Source: Nemertoderma westbladi (Eukaryota; Animalia; Xenacoelomorpha). From it: a stretch of DNA of 64,000 nt. A program made the translations under genes and the position numbers. A model generated the notes under the pieces. The model was not told the DNA's origin, ran no database searches, and saw only the letters and a list, made by a program, of their open reading frames with translations. The stretch lies in assembly GCA_032718475.1 (NCBI GenBank), contig JAUCBJ010008450.1:64446-128445 (forward strand), in the 5' to 3' direction. Shown here in pieces: positions 37,101 through 49,100 of the stretch (position 1 is the stretch's first letter; each line of letters opens with the position of its first letter).

Positions 37101-40100
37101 TAGGGCCGTTCAATAAAGCTCAATGGGGACTGCAACGCACTCTGCTTCCAAAAAAGAGCCATGGACAATGACGCCAGGAGTGTTCGTGTGAACTGCGGAT
37201 CGTTAGTTTGAACTTTACTATTATCTGTAACCTTGATATAATTACCAACCAACCTTCAATCATTAACCATATTAATACTGCGCCGGTAAAATGTTGTTCT
37301 AATACTGGAGAGGGTGGGTGATGTTACGGGATTAATCCATATATGCACTTCAACAACCCAGAACCAATATATCACCTTATTAGCCGTCAGTTATATAAGG
37401 CAGTAATTATTACCTGACAAAGCAGGGTTCTGTTACTTACAAAGGTCAAGGTAGCAGTAGGGCCCAGTCGCCAAACCAAAGAGGTGTCAAGTGGTTGCGC
37501 AATTAACCATGTTGTCATACAGTAAATGTATTGTGCATATAACATATTGTTTACCCACTGTACATAGGATATGGGGAGAGCTTTATGTGTTCTAAAATTT
37601 TTGTGTTATTGCCCAGCTGGGAGAGAGAGGATAACAAATTAGTCAGAACGATTAACCACAGCTAGGCTGCTGCCATCTAATGAGATTAGTGGCATGCAGA
37701 ACCAATCAGAACCTTATTCAAATAAGCCTATTAGGTGTCTCTCTCTCTCTCTGGGTATATAATTGTGGGGCGAGCGACGAAAGTAAGCGAGCTTAGCATA
37801 CAGGTACCACTAACTCAATCGGTGTGTCTGTTGCTCTGTTGTGCTGTTGATTTATTGTTCTGTTGTTCTGTTGATATGTTGTTCTGTCGTTCTGTTGTGT
37901 CCAATTTTAAACGTTAATAACTCAGCCAAATGTTAATGAAATTTAACCAAACTTGGTACACATGTAGTCTGGCCGAAGTTTAGAAATTGTCCAAGTTGAA
38001 TTTCCGTGTGGCCTTCGAGAAGCATATAATTGGAGTTAATTATTTAATTAAATTGTTTAGGGTAAAAACAGCAATTTCAACCTTCCTCTTAAAGAATATT
38101 AATTATTTTCTAGTATAAGTATAATTAAGTAATGGTAATAAGTCTAGTATAATTATACTTCAAAATTATATAACTGTATTCCCCATACCCCATTCCATTA
38201 TAGTTTTTAATTAGTTCAAGAGATTTGTTTTAAGAAATGTGTTTTTTAATTGATCTAAACGTAATTAAGTTATCAAAATGACACCGTATTTCTATACTTC
38301 CAGCTCCCTCATTCATTGGCATGCTTGCTATTGCCTAGCCTATCTGCTGGCGCTGAGAACCAGTCCAACCATCTCAGCACTACTTGGCAACGGGTAATTA
38401 CATCAATAGGACATAGGCACTACTGTAGTGTAAGGTGCCAGACTAAAAAGCCAGCTTGCTTTATCTGCCTTTCATTAATCCTCTGTGCTCCTTTGGGTTG
38501 GGGTGGTGCAGATTAATAAGAGGGCGGTTGAAGCAAGGGGGGGGGGGGGGGGGGGCTCTTTATTCTCTTCTTTGATTTATTCTTATTGACGTTTTGGTTA
38601 AATTTTCATAATTATTTACGTAAATTTCTTAAGTACCGATTTGGGGATAGAATTGCTCAATTTTAATCTGTATCTAATAACTGAGCCTCGTCCTTCGCAA
38701 TGGCCCCACGAAAGTGTTGTTGTTGTTAATGTTTAATCCAGACAAGCACTTTAAGTGTAAGCATATTACAGACATAATGCACATAAATTCATATTTACAG
38801 ATACATTTATTCGTACAGTAAGTATAATAGTAGGATTATAATATATATATTAAGTAATATAATGTAATTAATCAAAATTAACCCTATATGAGTAATACTG
38901 TTAAATCCACTCTGCACAATTATTCATCTGGCTAATGCGGGATACCCCGCTAATGTTGCAGATATTACGAATAGTCCTAACTATAGAATTATTAGATGAG
39001 TGAATTATTTTTAAATAAACTATTAATAGAACTATATCTGATATGAACAAACATTGGTAAGTTTAGATTACCACATGCCATAGAAATACTCATAGCATCC
39101 CGTTTGTAACTCTAGGTATATTGAATAAACTTCGTAAACAATTATTATATGCAACTTTAAGTTTATTATGGACAGCACTAGAATAGTTAGATTTCGCCCA
39201 TAGTGAATTACAATGTATTGAAGTACAAAACGCTCTATGGGCATGTACCCATGTCTCAACATCGTGGTGAAGTGACTCGCCAAGATATTCATTAGTTTGA
39301 AACTACACCCGAAGATAACATGTTCTGTAGAAATTCCATCAGGTCCTATCGCTTTTCCTTGTTCTAACTTATTTATGCTAATGCTGTCGCAAACCTCAAC
39401 TATCGATACATGGTCAGATTCCGAAAAGATCGATTCTTAATTAGTAATTCAACGTATTCTTTCTCCGAGTCGTCGTTTACGCTGTTGTACAACCCATCGA
39501 AGTGTTCCTTCCATAATGCACTTATCTCTTCCGGCCCAGTTGCGTTACCAACCTTATTTGGGGGTTCTACGTGGGTTTTCCTAGCCTTGTCCCAGAAATC
39601 TTTAGAATAATTTCTAACTAGTGACGGGCCTAGCAGCCCGATAAGGAACCGACTTTTTATTTAAAGTAAACGAGATAACGAGAAATAGTATAGAACTAAT
39701 AATTATGTATAAATACAATCATATTTCATACAATAATTATTAATAAAGCGATCTATTATTAGTACCAGTTAAATAACTGGGAGCAAATCTTGGGATAGGA
39801 GTAGCGCCCACCCCTACCCTCAAGTAGCAGCTATCGAAAGAGGAGCCTTCGGGTCGCCTCCGGCTTCGGCCGACTGTTTGCGTGCTTGCTTGCTTTGCTA
39901 TTATTAGTTGCTCAATTCTAGAACAAAATCGACCTGCAATTAGTGAAGATCTCGTTTTGGAATTTTGAAACCATGCTGGTGCGATGTGCAAGATCGCGTT
40001 TAGTTTATAAATTGAAAATTCCATCAATTCATGTGCACCCAGTAATAAGAAATCGTGATAAATGTAATTAAATACAAATTATTCTAGAAAAATTTTCCTC

Positions 40101-43100
40101 TAAACTAGACAAGTGAGATTCAGGATATTTTGTTTAATATAACAAGTCTCGCATATTATATTAGATTAAAATTGTATATAAAATTAAATATATAGCTGCA
40201 CCAACCCAACATCCCACCACCAATCAGAACAATACAATTAAGACAAACCAATTAAACATACAATTAAAAACGGTGCACCGTGGATTAATACCGGTCTGCG
40301 AGGTCATTCCCCCGCAGACCCGCACCATCTCCAAAGCCCAGCGCCCTCCAGGGACGCCGGCTGGCAGGGATTCAGGATATTGCCTTTTATATAAAAATCG
40401 AAAACGCCATGTTTACATTAACCAACACCTTTACTTTACATTTTTCAGTGACTTAATAATAACCTATAGTTAATGTTCAACCTTGGGAGTTAATGTGGCG
40501 CCCTCCCTGCCTTTCAGGTAACGGCCAAGGGAGAGAGAGGAGCTTTCGGGTTGCCTCTGGTGTTTCATGTTCACAGATTACCTTACTTAATTTTCTTCAT
40601 TGACTTAATATCATATCTATATTAGTACCAGTAATAAGTACTATCAATGTTATTTTTTTAATTAAAAAAAACTAGCTCACAATTAATATCTGCAACAATA
40701 TAAATAGCACCAATCGATTCAGCATAAGTGAAATACCCATGAAAGTTATTTTTATATTGTTCATTGTCGAAATTGTGACCTGAAGGTGATTGGAACGAAT
40801 GGCCCCCGCTAGTAGGCCTGGACTCGTGATGTGCCAGTCCTTTAGTAGAGTTGTCTTTGGTTGCACCTTATCATTGAAAAAATGAGTGTACCAATTAATC
40901 ACATTTACACTAATACAATAACATTGCATTTCATATAGGAGCTTACTTATTACGACAGTGTCGAATGCTTTGGCATAGTCTGTGTAGACAACGTCACAGA
41001 ATTGTTTGTTGTTGAGGGCGATGCCCCAGTGATAGGTGAGGTCCAGAATTTGTGTCATTGGACTGCGGCCGCGAATAAAACCAAACTGTTCTTCGGGTAT
41101 GAGGTTGTCCAATAAGTAAGCTCCCATCTGATCAATTATAATCTTTTCGCTTTCTCTACCTAATATAGAAATAGGGTGTTCGGACACTTCCCCCCCGGAC
41201 ACTTCCCCCCCGGACAGTTCCCCCCCGCTCAAGTAGGACACTTCCCCCCCGGACACTTCCCCCCCAGACACTTCCCCCCCGCGGACACTTCCCCCCGACT
41301 GTTCTTAACTTCGCACATTCGTATTTTTCATTTTGTAAGGTAAACCGCTTGTATCCAGATAAGTTGTATCCAATTTTCCTTTCGTAGCTCAGAAAGAAAT
41401 CTTTTGTATCCCGATTTTACATTTTATATCAAAGTTTTATTTATGGGTTTTATCAATGCAATTACATCGTATTGTTTGCTAATCTTTAAACAATTAATTG
41501 TATTATATGACCTATAAATTCCATCCCCGGAATGATATACTGTTTTTATTAACTATAGAATTATAATAATTAATTGTTTTAATTATAGGTATTATTATGT
41601 AATAGTCTTCTTCAAATTGTAGCAGATGGGGATGAATATTATTGTTGCAATCAAAATTATACCTCTCCAGGGTAAAATCGACATGCGTCGACCTGTATTC
41701 TGTGTTCAGCATAGTAGCATATTATATTACTATTATACATACTATATAGATATTATACACACTACATATTAAATGTCCTGGTTACTTGCAATATTTTTAA
41801 TAGGATTTTGTTGAATTATATAATATTGTAGTAATTTATATATTAAATTGGTTAACATTCAATACAGCTCCTACTTTAGGCTTTGTCAATTTATTATCTG
41901 ATGATACAAACATGAATTAATTATTTCAAAGTGGTCTTAAGTCTTTCACCACGGGCACTCAGGGAAATGCTGGGGTCTGGGGGCGATAACCCCCAAGAAA
42001 AGAAGCGGGGGTTTGGGGGCGGCAGCCCCCAAGAAAAGAAGCGGGGGTTTGGGGGCGGTAGAAGTTAAAAGAAATTAAAAGAATTAAAGGAATTAAAAGA
42101 AAAACAAACAAAATTTGACTATAAAAATGTTTATTTTATAATTTTGAAAAACTTGTCTAGATACAACTTGTCCTGTACCCATCTTTAACTTTTGTTTATT
42201 GCTTTGATGCACCCAGATTAATTTTAACACTTTAACTGGGGGGGAAGTGTCCGACTTGGGCGGGGGGGGAAGTAAGTGTCCGGGGGGGAAGTGTCCGGGG
42301 GGGAAGTGTCCTAGATCCAGAAATAGGTCTATAATTTTCTGCACCAGATTGACTACCACCTTTGTATGCCAGGATAATATCCCCACGTTTCCAGGGAATC
42401 TGGGATATCATCCCCCGTAGTCATTGAATGGTTATGTAACATAGTGGTTCAATAAGTTCGTTTCTATGACTCTTACGTATGGCCATCGGAATGCCATCAG
42501 GCGTATACTTATTTGGTACATTGCTAATTGGTACATTGCTAAGGGGTTTTGAGTACTAATTCTACTGTAAAAATAATATCAGTAAAATTAGTTGAGTTGC
42601 TAGTGCGGGGTGGTAGTCTGGGCATATAGCCATTATCATCACCTGCATTGGAAGCATACTGTTCAAGTAAACGTTCACCCTTAGATATATCCGTTGTAGC
42701 TAGAGTAACATCGATTAATTTTAAAGGAGCTACTGAAGGGTTACTGTGTATTTTCTTGTTAGCGTACTTGTAGAACGCGTTTCTGTCTCCGGACTTAAGA
42801 ATTTAATCTTCACAACTCCTTTTGTAAGCAAACATGACATTTTTACATTCTTGGCATTGTCAATTGTAATTTCAAAGGCCAAAGGGCGAATCAAAACGCC
42901 GCTGCCGGAGAACGAGTTTTTTTGCTAACATTTTTCTAATTTGAGGATGGTAAATGCGTTTTGCCTTATTTTTATCATACATAGCAACGTGTTTAGAATA
43001 TATATTAAAAAATAGATCTAAAAATTTGCACCAAATATCCTGCAAACCTCTACCTCTATTAAAATCTTCTCCCCTATTAAGCCCGCAGTTCTAGTTTGAT

Positions 43101-46100
43101 CGCATCAGCATTCATTTTCAGAAAATTATAAGCTTGTTTGATTTCTTCTGAAGCCTTAAATGAATTAAAAAGTATAGCAAAGCTGAATGCACAATGGTTA
43201 CTGGTACTAAAATTGGGCTATTTTTTTTAAACATTACTAATAAAAAAATAACTCAAGATGCGGAATAAGTGAAGGGGGTCTTGGTACCTAGTCATAACAC
43301 CTTTAATTTGTGCTTTGAATTATCATTTTATATAGCCTAGAGACTTACCGAAAGTTGATGATAGTGATATCTGCAATCCATTTAATTATTGCTTTATTAT
43401 TCTTTATTTATAAATCCTGCAGATGGATTTTGTATGATGAAGATTTTTCTGGATGGGGATATTCGAAAGTTCTCGGCCCTGGAGAGTATGCGAATCTCCA
43501 TGAATTTACATACGATCCATACATACCCAGAGTTTCAGCTGTGAGACCGATAATCCCGGTAAGTAAAAACAAAGATCTGTTTTAGTAATTTCTTTAACCC
43601 TATTAAACACGGGGGTGGAGGTAACCATGCCTGTGGTTCTTTTTTGTTATAATTCTGAAACAAACGTAGTTGGGGATCTGAAATTGTATGACTTTACCTA
43701 AAAATCTAATGTCTTCCTAATAATTAAAACCGTTTTCAAAAATATTGGGAAGTTTTCGAGTTATAGCACCTTTTTTTAACCCTACTTTTGGCACTTTTTT
43801 GAAACGTATTTAGAAAATTACATTTCATGAATTATGATTTGTAAAATCTTTATGTTTACAAAGGTTTTTTGGTGTTTGCAATTAGATGGCAACCATATAA
43901 ATTAATTTAGAAATATCAAACTTGTTTTTTTCGGCGGTGCCAAATTTTGGTGCCAGCACCAAATTTTGAAATATGTCAATTTTATAAATTGATTGTTTGA
44001 ACCTGTTTTTGCGCAATAGGGGTTTTTTGGGGTTCTGGTTTCGATGGAATATATGCGAGTGCACCAGGCGTATCAAACTTGTTTTTTGGAGCTGTGTGCA
44101 AAATTTGGTGCCAGCACGAAATTTTGAAAATCTTTTCAATAATTTAATTGCTTGTGACACCATATTTCCCGGGTTTTAGAGGTTTATGGCGGTTCTGAAT
44201 TCAATGGAATAAATAATTATCTAACTAGACATCTCAACGTTGTATTTTTCGGAAGTGGATGCAAAATTTGGTGCTAGCATCAAATTTTGAAAACTATCAA
44301 ATATATCAATTGATTGTGTCACATTTTTTCTTGCGTTATACGGGTTTATGAGGGTTCTGAATTCAATGGAATAAGTAAAAATTGCATAAGAGTTTTCAAA
44401 CTTGTATTTTTCGTTGGTGGGTGAAAATTATTGTTCCAGCACCAAATTTTTGAAAATAAACAAATTGATCAATAGATGGTACCATCTTGTTTCATGCATT
44501 ATACGGGTTTATGAGGGTCTTGAATCTGATGGAATCAATAAAAAAGGGCACTGGGCATCTCAAACTTGTACTTTTTGGTGATGGGTTCGAAATTTGGTGC
44601 TAGCACCAAAATTTGCCAAAATACGAAATACCTAATAAAAAAATACGTGTAGCAATGATGTCAAATTAGAAATGTTATCCATTAGAATCAGCGCCCCAGA
44701 AAACCTATAAATGTTAATTTATAGCATCGTATAAGTGAATTAAAAATTTTGTGTTCAAACTGAAAAGTGCTGGTTACTTGTTTTTTTCATTTTTTGTCTA
44801 CGTAGAGGACTAAAACAGCCATTTCTAGTAATTAGATCAATTTTAAATGAGTTCCAATGGATTTTGCGCCCCAGAAAATTGATTAACTTGATAGATACCT
44901 CAAACTACAGAATCCCTCCCCCCCTCGCAATCTGGCCTCCCTGGCTACACCAGTTTTGGGCCACAAAGGTCATAGGAAAGGTACTCACAGAATTGTTGGC
45001 CGCTCTCTATCCGTAGGGGGTAAGACCGGCAGCCAGTAAGGAGATAACTGATAACTGGGGCTAATTTTGTCCAATAATTTCACTGGCATCTAGGGGCCAG
45101 CGCCAGACCCACGCATTACTAATGTGGGTGCTTTATGCGTCATGTGGGTCATCTCTCAGGATGCCATCCTGGCATCCTCATACCATCCTGGATTGCCATT
45201 CCACAGTGTGGGTGTCACAGTCGAGTCAGATATCGGGCCTATCACCCAACTAACATGAAGGACATGACCCACCATTTGCTATGCAGCTCATCTGCTGGTT
45301 TGTCAGATCAGATCTGGGTTATTGATTCAGAAAATTGGTCACCTCTAACTGGGATCATGGATCCAGAAGTCATGTGAGTGAGGGCCTATGCAATGATATG
45401 ATGTGACGATGTGATGGACCATATGCAAGGGAAAGGCATGGGAAGCATTAAATTGGCTTTCCAGGATTTGGAAGTCTCATATATGAAACAGAAACTCAAG
45501 GTCATTTTTCCTCTCTTTGGGGTTACATGAATTATACCCGGGCATGGGGCCACGTTTTCCTCTCTTTGAGGTTACATCTATACTACCCGGGCGCGGGGCA
45601 ACTTTTTCCTCTCTTTGAGGTTACATGAACAATACCAAGGCGCGGGGCCGGGCACTTTTTCCTCTCTTTGAGGTTACACGAACATTATCCGGGCACGGGG
45701 CCACGTTTTCCTCTCTTTGAGGTTACATAAATATTACCCAGGCGCGGGGAGACGTTTTCCTCTCTTTGAGGTTACATGAATAATACCCGGGCGCAGGGCC
45801 ACGTTTTCCTCTCTTTGAGGTTATATGAATAATACCCAGGCTTGGGGCCACGTTTTCCTCTCTTTGAGGTTACATGTATAATACCCGGGCACGGGGCCAC
45901 GTTTTCCTCTCTTTGGGGTGACTTGAACAATACCCGGGCTTGGGGCCACGCTTTCCTCTCTTTGAGGTTACATGAACAATACCCGGGCACGGGGCCATGT
46001 TTTCCTCTCTTTGAGGTTACATGTATAATACCTGGGCGCGGGGCCCCGTTTTCATCTCTTTGAATTTACACGAACATTACCCGGGCGCGGGGCCACGTTT

Positions 46101-49100
46101 TCCTCTCTTTGAGATTACATGAATATTACCCAGGCGCGGGGCCAGTTTTCCTCTCTTTGAGGTTACATGAATAATACCCAGGGGGGGGGGGGGGCACGTT
46201 TTCCTCTCTTTGAGGTTACATGAATAATACCCGGGCGCAGGGCCACGTTTTCTTCTCTTTGCGGTTATATGAATAATACCCAGGCTTGGGGCCACGTTTT
46301 CCTCTCTTTGAGGTTACATGTATAATACCCGGGCACGGGGCCACGTTTTCCTCTCTTTGGGGTTACTTGAACAATACCCGGGCATGGGGCCACGCTTTCC
46401 TCTCTTTGAGGTTACATGAACAATACCCGGGCATGGGGCCATGTTTTCCTCTCTTTGAGGTTACATGTATAATACCTGGGCGCGGGGCCCCGTTTTCATC
46501 TCTTTGAGGTTACACGAACATTACCCGGGCGCGGGGCCACGTTTTCCTCTCTTTGAGATTACATGAATATTACCCAGGCGCGGGGCCAGTTTTCCTCTCT
46601 TTGAGGTTACATGAATAATACCCAGGGGGGGGGGCACGTTTTCCTCTCTTTGAGGTTACATTAATAATACCCGAGCGCGGGGCCACGTTATAAACTTTGA
46701 CCATTTAAATTAATTATATTACAAAATGTCAAATTCGTCTGCTAAAATATTTGCTGTTTAAATCTCCATCTATTAAAATAACTCGTCATTCGCCAAATTA
46801 AATTTATGTATTACTAAATACATTTATATATATAGACCTACAGTATAAACAAAAAATGTTAAAAAATCGCAGTCTGCCCCGCTATAAATCTATCGCTAAA
46901 TTAGCACTCCTAATACATAGTCCCTATCCTTCCTATTCTTATCTATCTACTTTCTACTCTACCTTACCTACATTATCTATCTATCTATATGCCATCTTCT
47001 TTTTCACCTTTCTATTCTGCATCTGCAACACCCTACAGTATACTATTACTTCAAACTACTACTTACTACGTCCAATCTATCAAATGTTACATATATTTAC
47101 ATTTCATATAATCCCATCCTCCTGGTGAGCAGCCGTTTACTAGCACTACTATTTGGCTGTTCTCCAGTACCCATTTATATAGAACTTACCATATATAGTA
47201 TGTACTCATGTTAATTTCTATTTTATACAGTTATATTTATAACTGATATCTGAAATATATTACATTATATTTCATATATATTATATATATTATATATTAT
47301 TGTTGTTATTTTGAATTATTATATGAAGGGTAAAAATAAACATTGAATTTAATTGAATTGGTCCGATTATTTAGAACAGCAGTAGTACCAGTACTCCTCT
47401 ATGGTAGTCCATACTTGGCTCTAACTGCCCTGTAACCCTGCTACCAGGTGCAGGTCGCAGTGAAATGCACTCGAATTCGACCAATGGCGTCCATTTTCCA
47501 GAATGAAAGGGGTCCTAGTTATAGGACCAGGCTATACCATCAGTAAGATGGTCTATGCAGCCATATTGGTTGTAGGTTTAGCTACACCAGGGTCCTCTCA
47601 ACCATTTATCCACTCGGATCGATAAATTTAGTACCAGTTAAATTGTAGGGCGCAAAACTAGGGATTGAAGTAGCACCCACTTCTACTTTTTGGTAAGAGT
47701 TATCGAAAGAGGAGTTTTAGGTTCACCTCTGTTTTTGGCAGACTGTTTACTTGCTATTGGAGCTCTCTATGAATATTTTCCACTCACATTTCTATACAAA
47801 TACAGTAACAAACAATCTCAACCTTTTTATTATTATTATTATATCTCTTTTATTTGCTAAAAACTCATTCAAATATATATTTGCACGAGGCAGTTAATAC
47901 ATACAGTATTTACTGATAATTATAAGCAAATAAGCGTCACAGGGTTCCAGGTAACAGCTAGGCTGCACCGTGTACAGTACAAATATACAGTATGAGGAAT
48001 CGAGTAGGCCTACAGTACAATCATTATTACATTACATCTACAGTATAATAAATAATGTTCTATTAATTGGCGGCAGTCACAGGTGCAAATCCGCTAGGTT
48101 GCATCCTCATGGCTATATTTCGATAGGAACTGTTTTTTTAACTTTGTTTTGAAATATTTTAGTTTTGTAATTTCTTTTATTTTAATTGGTAGTGCATTCC
48201 ATAATTTTATAAGATTCACGAGTAAACTTTCATGTCCGTATCTGTTTCTAGTTTTAGGTATGATTATGTTTTTTGTTCGATTGTTTAGTCTAATGTTTAT
48301 TTTGGGTAAAAAAGGATGGTCTAATGCTTTAAATGGTTCTGATAGGTTGTTTACGTATTTAAAAAAGTATATTAATCCGAAATATTCTCTTACAGCTTTT
48401 AGGGTTGGTATTTTGGCTTTTTCTCGTAGTTCAGTTCCTGTTGAGTCCCTAATCCGTTTCCCAAAGATAGTTCGTAGTGCGTAATTTTGTACTTTTTCAA
48501 ATTTGTATAGTATTTCCTTGTGTCCGTATTTATCATGTAGTGGGACTAATAGTTGGTTACAGTGAAGATGGTACGGCAATGTTAGTGCTTTTAGTAGTTG
48601 TAATTTTGTTTTTATTGTTAGTTGTCCCTTTATTGAGCGGAGGCAAGATATACTGAGTGTCATTTTCTGTATTGTTTTAGTTATATGATGGTGCCATTGT
48701 AGTTTTTTATCTAATTCTACTCCTAGGTATTTAACCGTGGTTGATTGTGAGATCGGATCTTTTGTTCCTATGTCAAGATTTATTTCGTCTGTATTGAAGT
48801 CAGTTGATGTCTGTTGTTTTGGTGATAGTAGTAAGAATTCAGTCTTGGAGTGGTTCAGTTTCAAGTGATGTTGCACAAATGTTTTGTTTAATAGTATAAT
48901 TTCGTTTTGTAGTAATTTTGCAGCCAGCTGTGGATTTGTGCCTGTAGTGTATATTACTGTATCGTCTGCGTATTGAATGATAGTTGAAGATTTTGCTGTA
49001 TCTGGTATGTTGTTTGTATACAATGTGAAGAGAAGTGGTGCCAGTATTGTTCCTTGTGGTAGGCCACAGATTTCCGTTAACCATGGTGATGTTGAGTTTT

